Shown one piece after another: positions 28,601 through 40,600 of a stretch of 64,000 nt of DNA. The stretch comes from Antedon mediterranea (taxonomy: Eukaryota; Animalia; Echinodermata). Each line of letters opens with the position of its first letter. The stretch's first letter is position 1. The notes under the pieces were generated by a model. That model made no database searches, was not told the origin of the DNA, and was given only the letters and a program-made list of their open reading frames with translations. Position numbers and translations under genes: made by a program. The stretch covers positions 5,968,422-6,032,421 of the forward strand of contig NC_092678.1 of NCBI RefSeq assembly GCF_964355755.1, in the 5' to 3' direction.

Positions 28601-31600
28601 AATTATTTATTATTATCTTGCCATTTCAATGCATAGGGTATAGAAATTTAAAACCTGAACATTATGGAATGACATAATATAATTTAAGCACAAAGATGAT
28701 ACTAAAAATATTCAAAAAAGAAATGATGTAAGTTAAAAAATATTGCCAATTCAATCCACCCAATGTTTTAAAGTCTTTAGGGCACAACAATTTTAAGGCT
28801 CAAGCATTATAGTATGACATAATGTAAGTTATAAAGATGATACTACAAAATGAAAAAATACTTACCATCTAAATAGTTGTTTTGATCTTTTATAGACTAC
28901 ACCATCACTGATGTAGTCCTTAAGTAAGTCTGTTAGTACCCTGAAATAAAAACACATAGTTCTCACAATCAGAAATTCCTATCAAGAACGTTTTAATGAA
29001 TATGTATTTGTCAATGTACTGGTGACCGAATAATTATTATTATTATATATTTATGTACGCACTTAAAATTTTCTTTTAAATATTGTATTCCTTCCAAATA
29101 AACAAGCCATTAAATTGACAACATTATTACAGATCCTGGTTTTTGTCCAATCAGCAGTGAGCATGAATGACCTTGCTGACAACAGAATTCGTGCTTGATG
29201 TGAAAGTATGCTCAATGATCACGATATTTTTCTTAGGGCACCGCAACCGAATCTGGGCGCGATGTCAAAGTAGCTTATTGATAAGCCTAAATTCTTAAAT
29301 ATATTTTCTAAAATAGTACACTTACTCTGTGAAATAAGGTAGTTTTCTTTCTGAAATCATTCCAACCGTCAACAGAGATGCAAAGTTTCCCCTACAAAAG
29401 AAATACACAGGTATACTTTATTAAAAACAATAAAAAAACACTACTCATATAGCATGACAAACAAGCAGCCAAGTGCTGAAACCGTAGCTTCAATTATGAC
29501 AAATGATAGATGTTAAATTGGAGGACAACAGATCAATTAAGTACCTCTTTTGGGGACACCGATATATATAGTCCCTTTTCACATAAAAGAAAACGGTGCC
29601 ATTTTATATGATTTCCCATTATTTAACAACGGTGCCATCTTAAACGGAACATTTGTGAATATAGCTTTAGGTGAAACTTTCCTGTAAAATGAACCCAATG
29701 AAATATTCATTCATTCATCCATAATGGTATATTTATTAAAATCATCTTCACAGAAAAACTGAAATACATTATCAAAAGGTACTTAAAATATTTAAAATGT
29801 TTTACAAAGATAGCATAACATTTGAGAACCACACAATACATCATATAAAAACATTAAAATAAACGAGCACAAAATCAAAACAAGTAAAAATCTAAATGAC
29901 TGGCCAAGTGAATTGAAAAAATTACCTAACATATTATATTTTATTATTCTTGTTACTTCAAACATATATTATACAGAGGAATAAAATTTTTTCAATACAG
30001 AAGTAAAATCAGTTGCGGTTCCACTGCCTAATATATATGTTTAACACTACGGCCAACCCTATTCAGAGGGACACTTTGATGGGTTTCTACTCTGTTATAT
30101 TACTACTGTATTACTATTTGTCATAATATTATGTTTCTGATTTCCTGTAGTTAGATAAAGGATGTTTCAGACTAGGTCAGCTTAATTTATGAGCCAATCA
30201 GAATAGTATAATTTTGGTGGGAAACTTTTGGAGGCAACATTTGATCCTCCTCAGAAGCCCCGAATTTGCATTGTTTGTTTGTTTATTTGTTTGTTTTATC
30301 TTTATACTGGGTGACCTCTTCAGTCAAAGACTGATCTCCCAGAGGGCCCAGTTGGTGATCAGTGGCTGTGATGTACTAATGCACCGGGGTAACCCCCTAC
30401 TCGTCTCGAAAGATGTACTAGGTTCTTTAAAGTGCACACGAGCAAGTTGTGTACACTGGACCTACGGTTTATAGTCCTTATCCGAGAAGACTCGTTCTAC
30501 CACCAGAACCATGGAGTGAGTGAGCCTCGAACCCCTGCCGATGTTATGGCTACGTGATTACGGTTCCACTGTCTTAACCGCTCGGCCACTTACTCATATT
30601 ATGTCAAGTATAAACTATAAGTAGTAAATGTTATAGATATTAAAGAGGAGAAAATAAGATCATAGTAGAAAGACGTATAGAGTATAGAGAAGAAAGGTCT
30701 GGACTGATAGAAAGATGTATTAATACTGAGTTACAAGAAATAAAAGTTTTAGTTGAATACAGTATACTTTTTTTATGTGGAAGCATTTGGCAGTCAGTGT
30801 ACGGTCTCGTGGATTTAATACGCCAGAGAACGCATTACGCTCGGAACCAACACCCTATAAAATTTCCTACACTATTGTTTTGTTCATATGTTTTGCCATA
30901 CATTTTCACAATCGTTTTGCAGTCTCATTTTAGTGGACACTTTGTCTGGTAGCGTATGTATGATGCCGGAAACGATTTCACCATAAATATTATGAGAGAA
31001 TAGATTCATCAGGTTTGTTTAAATCCAGATAATAAGTATTAATTTGTCAAAACCAAGTTGTACTCACGATTAATATTTCGTCTCAACACTTCGGGAGACT
31101 TTGTCAGAATGACCATCCGATCTTCTTTTTCGAGGAATCAATCCACTATGACGTGCGTCATTCAAGTGGTCATTCTGACGAAGTCTCCCAAAGTGTTGAG
31201 ACGAAATATTAATCGTGAGTACAACTTGGTTTTGACACATTAATATTATTATCTATAAATATTATGATCAATAAAAAGTTTTAGTCATACAAGTATTTTT
31301 TTAGATGGGAATGTTTAAGACAATACTTACTTTTCTTTTTTACTAATGTTTTTATTTTCTTCTACCATCTCAATAAAAGCTATTAAGAAGTCTTTCTTTC
31401 CAAGCAACTTCGCAAATTCCTTTAGGCCGTGTTCATTCAGATAACTTTCTGTCGTCTACAAGAAATAGATTATGAAACAATAAAATTGTATATAACTATA
31501 AATTCAAATCAACTTCTACACTTTAGACTCTTCATCGTGAACCATACAGAACCTTAAAAAACCAAGGCTCATTTTCACTAAATGTTCAAACTCAATCCAT

Positions 31601-34600
31601 GAAGATTAGAAATTCTTTCACTCAATAAAACTGAAAAATGTCACGCCAACAAAGAATTAATCAAACAAGGGGCAATAAGTTTTATTTTTGTTTGAGAACA
31701 AGATTACAAGCACTACTAGAAAACAGTTAGTTAAAAAGGTATATTAAACCTTTCATTAAAAGCAGAAAACATGATACCAAAGGTTAAATTCTTTTTTTTT
31801 TTTTTTTTTTTTTACTTTTAGACAATGACTCAAATATTTTGACCAGAATAGCCTGATATATGATTGTCTCGAAAGATGTACTAGGTTCTTTAAAGTGCAC
31901 ACGAGCTAGATGTGTACACTGGACCTACGGTTTATAGTCCATATCCGAGAAGACTCGTTCTACCACCAGAACCATGGAGTGATTGAGCCTCGAACACCTG
32001 CCAATGTTATGGCTACGTAATGACGGTTCCACTGTCTTAACCGCTCGGCCACTCACTCACTCAATATATATATGTGACAAAAAATATGATTTCCATATGA
32101 TGAATATTTTTTATTGTAACTTACGTCCGATCCATGGTCAGCAGGAACGTGATCGTATCCGGTGAACATCATCTTCTTCATGTAATCCAGCATGGTTAAG
32201 AATGGCATCCCAGTGCCCTCCAGTTCATTGGTCAAATCATCCAAATTAGTGGCCAGCTCCGCAATGGCTATGAAGAAAATAAATTTGAAATCTTGAAAAT
32301 GTTTCATTTTACAAAAACCTCTATTAAGGGGACACCTATCTAACAAATGCTCCACTTTAGACATTTTTTACAATATAGTGCACTAGATAAGTAATTATTT
32401 AACTTACCTCTTCTGCTATCTTCTCGTACGCTCTTTTCTAATAGTTCCATCTCCTCCATAACTCTTTCTTTATCTTGCTCAATTTTTTTCGTCTTACAAT
32501 AAAAAAACAAAATCATAAAAACGAGTATTAATAGCATAAGGGTTCCGATTGCAGCAAGAACCGCGTACAACCACCACGAAAGCATCGGGTATTTGACTGG
32601 TCCAAGCACAACCTCGATGTTACCATGAACAACCTGCGAAAGAAAAATGTAAAGTTGGTAAATTTATTAAGAGCTCAAACTCAATAACGTTGAAATAAAA
32701 TTTGAAAAATACAAATGAAGAAACACCAATACTTAATTAACTAATTACAAAGAATAAAAAGTCAAGCTCCTCTTTGATTTTTAAAATTAAATTCCATCAT
32801 AGTCAAATCTAAAACTTGGTTCCCATAGAGACGCAGTGCAAGGATGTGGATGTAACACAAGCGAGTTTATAATACACAAAAATGTATGATTTTAAGTTGA
32901 ATAGATCAAATATGACTGACTGAGGAATCGTCCATCATTTTACAAACAGCAACATTTGCTCATTTGTGAAAAAAGGGACCAAAATGTTCTGTTTTGCAGT
33001 AGAATCCCTCCTTTGGGACACCCCCATTCAGGGGACAACCCTATCAATCAATCAAGTTGTGTACATCAAACGAGGAGCAATATACGTGTTGAGACTAAAT
33101 CCAATCCCTATTCAGGAAACACTTTCCCACGATCCATACTAAAGTAGAAGCAACATGTTTTAACACAAAGGAAAACTCCTATTCAGGAGACCCTCTATTA
33201 AGCTCTGTCTACACTATCAAACTAGTTTGACAAAAAAAGTGTGATGTGGCCAAATATGGTAATGAATTTTTTTTGTATTTTTGTATTTTGTATTAATATT
33301 TGTCCTCAGTGAGGAAATTAGGATTAGGCCCTCCACGGACCCACGGCAGCCAGCAGTGCAGCGCCTACCAGATTAGGCAATGAGAGTAAAGCATCTTGCC
33401 TAAGGATGCAATTAGTATGGTACCGATAACCTCGAACCCATGCCTATCACATGCTAGTCCGATATTACCATTACACCATCACTCTCCAGTATATACAGCA
33501 CCCAAATATACCCAAATATGGTAGTGATATGACATCATCATATCCATATATGGGCACAGTACATTTTTTGAAGTGTAGACAGAGCTTTAAAATGAGACTT
33601 TGTTGGTTCCTGAAGGTGTTCCCTTAATAGAGGTTCAACATTACTTACTGTTACAAGAGGGTTACCCTTCAAAGTGGTACCAGAAAGGTTTTCTTTGGGA
33701 CGCTTTTCAGGAGCAATACACTGAAGATGTACAGCAGAAAACAAGGACACACTGCATATCTTGTTACCAATGTAAACAACTACATCTTCTTTTGTGCTAG
33801 CCAAGGCAAGTCTTTCACCCTATAAACAAATTAAAAAATTGGCATTAAAATTTGCGTTTATTTAAAAAAGAATCAAATTCAAGCATACTAGAAGGTAATT
33901 CAGAGCGCAAACCTCCACCTAGGCATATGAAAATTTCATGATGAGTTCCCACAAATTTTGAGTAATCCTGCTAACTAACAAATATATAAATTGAGAAAGA
34001 AACAAACACACATACGCGAGCGCGATCGACCACGTAACTTCTCACCAGAAGTGCGGAGATAACAAAAACAATCGGAGAGTTTCAACCTTCCTCAGCGGTA
34101 ACAACCGGAAACTGATCAAGAAATTTGTTAAATTTGTTGCTACATAATTTTAGTTGGCTACTAATATCAGTATAGGCAATCTGACCAAAGGACTAAAGAC
34201 ACACTTACCATTAACTGTAACGTTCCATCATCCTTCAAATCAAACACGCCATCAACGACATTCGACTTATATTTTTCCGTATCATTGAACAAGTAGTAAA
34301 TCGGATCAGGATAAATTTGCATTGTAACATTTTCCATTGAATGTTCTGACCACGTTAAAAGTTTCTTTACATTTGCGAAACGGAATCCCACGTCAGCTGT
34401 AAAAATAGCCTTGTCCGCATCATCCGACTGTCGTTTGAACCGGTGGTTTACTGATGAGAGGTCGGGAGTAGGGCAGAACATCGCCGAGTCATTGTAGGGC
34501 TTTAGGCACTCCTAAATTTAAAAAGAAATGCATTACTGTTTTTCTCTCAGAATAAAAAATGTCATGTGGGCATATCCAATCTGTCACTTTCCCAAGTCAA

Positions 34601-37600
34601 GAATCTCCCTTTACATGGTTTGGACTAGGCCCTCTTTGCACCTATGGCAGCAGCAGTGCAGTGCTTACTATGAACTGCCTACCAGGGACTAACAGATGGA
34701 TTGGTACACCCTATTTGAGAAGACTTGTTTTACTCGGTAATTTGAATCTCCCCACAAATAAGAAAGTGCTTTTTTTTAATACTTTTTTTTAATTTTTAAA
34801 TCTAAATTTTAAAAATAATATATAGTTATAATTATTTGAAAGTATGATCAAAAGAAACGTTTAATAATAACGTTTTAATACACATTAATTAAAAAAAAAA
34901 TCAAAATGATTTTTTAATATAGTTCCCATTAGACAAGCATAAAGAAACAAACACAGCAAGGTATGTTTGGAAGGAAAATTCGCCCGAGGTGGATGAATGC
35001 ATAATTAATTTGGTACAATTATTCGCCCACGGTCATGTAACCTCTCTTTAATCGTTTCACAGGTAGTGTCCCCTTAATATGGGAGTTCCATAAAGATCAT
35101 TTTTACCATTTAATCTAAACTTTAAAAATATGTCACAAAATGATAAGTTTATATTTATTATGGGTGCAAATGACCCCGATTATCAAGCCAGTTATGAAGT
35201 ATGTATGTTCGGCATTTGAAAGGCGCTTGACTATTCAGGCCTCCACCTGATACTGAGTGACCTTTATGCAACATACATGTTCATTGAATGCTTTTATCAT
35301 TGCCTTTTATTTTATATCTTTGTTCATTTTTGTAAATGTTGTTCCTTAACCTAGACTTGCCCCAAGTCTGTATTATCTTTTTTTTAAATTTATTTGTTTT
35401 TATTTCGACCGCGATTTTTGTCTGAAAATACAGACTTGTGAAACACGTATAGAAATCGATTTGCAGACCGCAAACATACGATAAGAATGACGTAGGTTAT
35501 CATACCGTATTTGGCTATATGGGGCGGGCGGTATGTAAATATGGATTTCGAATCAACCAATGATCATTTTGTTTCAAAATGAAAGAGATCGAGTACGTAG
35601 GCCTACCAGTGCTTAATGTACGATCGAGACTGTTGAAATATAAAATAGTAATGCCAAGTTGTTTTGTTTATTAATTGTTTAGTCCTTGGCCTAGGCCTCT
35701 TTCGTAGGTCCTACTCAACTCGCACGTATGACCTGCCAAATAAAACGCCAATGAAGTAGGCCTACATACCACCGGCACACAACAGGGCTACACCACCACA
35801 CAGAACAGGACAGGGTCTGGGTGGGAATTAAATCAAAATTATCTCCGCGTAATAAATGATCCATTCAATGTTTGATTTGCGGAGAAGCTAGCCTATCATA
35901 TATCAAGACGAGTTTTCATGTTTCAAAGATCCCATCAAATGTTTACCAGACTACTAGGCATATAAAATAATTTCTAGCCTTCAGAACTTTCATAAATGTA
36001 CCCAAGTACACATTGTCTAAACGTAACATAGCGCATGCGCATCATCTTAGTTGTTGAGTCTTTGAAATTCTTAAATATGAATATTTAAACGGTGTACGAG
36101 AGAGTAGCCAATCGCATGCAGCTGAAACTAGTCAACCGGATAATCGTATGCACCAAGAATTCTTGGTGTCAAACCACGTGACTTGTGCGTGTTTCCCCAG
36201 ACGGAGTATCCAAAATCAAGTAGTATACGTATGAAACGCCATATGTGCCAAAATATTTATCTTTTAACTAATATTAAGACAAAACTCCGTCTGGAACCCA
36301 GACTATCCTTAACCATACCTTGATGTTAAGGTGAATGTTAATAAATTTTGAATTTTTACCTTTTCAAAGGAATAACTTCCCCAATAAATTCTCATACTTG
36401 GCTTCTGTATCAGGTTAAATCCATAGCCTGTTATAGTAAGCACACGACCACCTCTACAAATATAAACAAACAATATTTGGTAGACAGCATTCCACCAAGA
36501 AAATATAATATGCACATGTGAGCCTACAAAACTGAGCCTACAAACCTAAGCCTACAGTAGCTAGGCTAGGACTTAAAGACTGTTCACAAGCGGACATTTA
36601 ACGCGACCAACTTAGGTAGTGCATTGTTTCTCTCTTTTTACCATAACTTACCATAAAATGTACAAGATGACATGGTTTAATGTTTTTATAGTAAAATATA
36701 TGCATTATTTTTACAAAACGAAAAAAATTGTTTGAAATGGTTTTAAGTATTTCACTTTTATTCAATCAATATTTTAAATATTTATAAGGATTTCCATGGA
36801 ATTTCAAAAAACATTGGGAACAGCTTTTGTGATTTGTTATAAAATTGTGTTGCAGCCCAATTTTTAAGCTTGGTTCCCGACCCAATGTAACGCAACCTAA
36901 AAAAATGCCCTTCCAATAATTTTTTTTGCTGCCGCCTATTAAATGGTTCTATTGCATTTTGAGAAAGCTAAGCTTGGTTGGTAAAAACTGGCTGGTGTGT
37001 GTGTTTACAAAGTAGGCGGAGCTTGCGTGTTAAATTAAACATTTATGTACAAAATATCCTAATGTTTTTATATTCTGCAGGTAGTACGGTATAGAATATA
37101 CTTACGACAGTATTGTAGATCTTGGCCTTACTCCATCAACCAATGGGTCTGAATCAAACTTGAAATACTTGCTTGCCACACGCTTTTCATTAGAGAAGTA
37201 GACATATAGGTTGACATATGATTTACTTATATTCACTTTAGTCGTTTGGCATTTAATAATTGTATCACTTATATTCCTAAAAACAATAAAACAAAATCAT
37301 TCATTTAATTGCGATTAACAATATAATTATTATTATTATTTTTTTATTTAATAATAATAATCATTTCTCTTTAGTCATTTCATGAAACTAAAAAAAAAAC
37401 AAAAACAAGGAGTATAAACGTATTTTTAAATAAATTATATAACTGTATCACTTATGTTTCTAAAAACAATAAAACAAAATTATTCATTTAATTGCGATTA
37501 ACAATATAATTATTATTATTATTTTTTTATTTAATAATAATAATAATTTCTCTTTACTCATTTCATGAATAAAAAAAAATTTAAAACAAACAAGGAGTAT

Positions 37601-40600
37601 AAACGTATTTTTAAATAAATTATATAATTGTATCACTTATGTTTCTAAAAACAATAAAACAAAATTATTAATTTAATTGCGATTAACAATATAATTATTA
37701 TTATTATTTTTTATTTAATAATAATAATAATTTCTCTTTAGTCATTTCATGAAACTAAAAAAAAAACAAAAACAAGGAGTATAAACGTATTTTTAAATAA
37801 ATTATATAACTGTATCACTTATGTTTCTAAAAACAAAATTATTCATTTAATTGCGATTAACAATATAATTATTATTATTATTTTTTTTATTTAATAATAA
37901 TAATTTCTCTTTACTCATTTCATGAATAAAAAAAAATTAAAACAAACAAGGAGTATAAACGTATCTTTAAATAAATTATATAATTGTATCACTTATGTTT
38001 CTAAAAACAATAAAACAAAATTATTAATTTAATTGCGATTAACAATATAATTATTGTTATTATTTTTTTTTATTTAATAATAATAATAATTTCTCTTTAC
38101 TCATTTCATGAATAAAAAAAAATTAAAACAAACAAGGAGTATAAACGTATCTTTAAATAAATTATATAATTGTATCACTTATGTTTCTAAAAACAAAATT
38201 ATTCATTTAATTGCGATTAACAATATAATTATTATTATTATTTTTTTTATTTAATAATAATAATAATTTCTCTTTACTCATTTCATGAATAAAAAAAAAT
38301 TTAAAACAAACAAGGAGTATAAACGTATTTTTAAATAAATTATATAATTGTATCACTTATGTTTCTAAAAACAATAAAACAAAATTATTAATTTAATTAC
38401 GATTAACAATATAATTATTATTATTATTTTTTTATTTAATAATAATAATAATTTCTCTTTACTCATTTCATGAATAAAAACAAAATCAAAAACAAACAAG
38501 GAGTATAAACATATTTTTAAAGATGAAAGTGACCCCCAAAAAAAAAATCTCAAGAGGATTGTGATAGGAGACCCACTACAAACTAGTTACATTAATAAGG
38601 ATACCGTAAAAAGAATAGATAAATTGACAGATAGACCATGGCAGGATTAACAAGGGACGCACATTGTTAGGGAATGTTTTTTTAATAAAATTTAAAAGAT
38701 GTATTGTCCCCTGAAAAAATAATTTTTTTAAATTGTTGTTGTTGAATATGCCATTTTAATGTCACATAATAGTTATTGACTTCGACCAAAAATTGGATCG
38801 AAACTAAATTTATTTACCTGAAAACACTGGAATTTAAAGCAAAAAATGGTCAAATTGGCTGCCAGCCAGGGGATTTTTGGTTGAATTTAACCATTTATTT
38901 TGTCATTTTATAAGTGAAAACATTATTTTTTTCCGTTTTTTTTTCTACGGAAGTGATTCACTTTATAAAAACTACAAAATAACCTATTCAAAGTCTGGTT
39001 GAATTAATCTTCATGTTTTTGGGGGACAATACATCTTTAAGATTTTAACAATCTGATTTATGTGTTGTGTTATATATATAATTTTAGATTATTGTATTGT
39101 ATATATAGTTTATGATATAGCACTTATATATTATGTATGGATTACACACATTGGAATAACGTGAATGAATTGAATTTGTTTGAATAACCATTAAACACAG
39201 CCAAAGTTACTTACGTTATTAGGCAAGGCGAGTAGTCAATCATCACCTTCTGTTCAGAACCGGTTTTGAATAACTTCCCATGTACGGTTATAGTTATTCC
39301 TCCTGACATTGGCCCAGCTAAAGGAGAGAAGCTCGTCACTTCTGGATTCTGCAGCGGAAAAAAAAATCAATCAATTAAAAACCCCTCAATAAAATTGAAT
39401 GAATATACCTCGTGTAGATTCCAAATCAACATAGTCCTCGTAATTAATTTCCATAATTATAGAGAGAGCTATAACAGTTACAAACGGAGCCATGTGTACT
39501 AGTAACACTAGGGAAAGTTGTGGTGTTTCAATGTTGCTGTGTAGCCGCTATGCATATTCTGCACAGCAATTTGACCCCCTGTCATGCTTCATTGCCTGTC
39601 AGATCCGAAAGTTCATTGTTTGACTACAAAACATTGGCCTAGGACAAAAGTTTATATGTATCTTTTATTGCAGGTGTTATTTCTTTATACTCGGCAACTT
39701 CTTCTGTCAAAGACTGGTCTCCCAGAGGGCCCAGTTATGATCAGTGGCTGTGTGTGTACTAGTACACTGGGGTAACCCATACTCATTTCGAAAGATGTAC
39801 TAGGTTCTTTAAAGTACACATGAGCTATATGTATACACTGGACCTACAACTTTTAGTCCTTATCCGAGAAGACTTATTCTACCACCAGAACCATTGAGCC
39901 TCGAACCCTTGCCGATGTTAAGGCTACGTAATTACGGTTTCACTGTCTTAACCTACCACTCACTCGTTCATACAAAAACTATGGTTATGCTTTAGATTGT
40001 ATTACCTGGTATTTCAACTTAAATGATTTGCTTGATAGATCTTCACCATCTGACCCCTTTATCACCAATACCACATCTTTATCACCTTCTGTTGTAAATT
40101 TAGGAGCCTGGACTGTCACGCTACAATACACAAAAGTAAGGTAAGACATACAGCAGAACCTCTAACAAGGGGACACTATTGGGATCCAACAAAGATTTTT
40201 TTTCATAGTGGTGTTTATTTGAATTAAATTTATTCAACAATTTCAATTATTCAAAATGCCTTGACTAAAATTAGTTAGTTTACCACTGCAACTTACCTTT
40301 CTCCAACAATGTACTCATTTTGGACAATTGAACTACTTTCACCATCGATTGTGACCGACACAACGTCTTCTACTTTTTGGCCAAGGTTTACTCCCTTGAT
40401 GGTCACAAGATCTGGTGGGCTTGCTGTCTTCCCCATCGTTGCCAAAGTAGTTGGGGTGACCTGAAAATAACAAGTATACTAGTGAATATCTTTATCAGAT
40501 GTTATAATAGCGCAGTCTTTTCTGTTTTTTCGCCAAGAGTAGAACAGATGGCCAAAGACAGAACAAAATGGAGAGGTTTTGTTGAAACCGTATGTCAATG

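Noticed and set aside
30214-30474. Similar ORFs at 30214 and 48901 suggesting a duplicated small gene
   Set aside because: Both are antisense translations of the same SINE family
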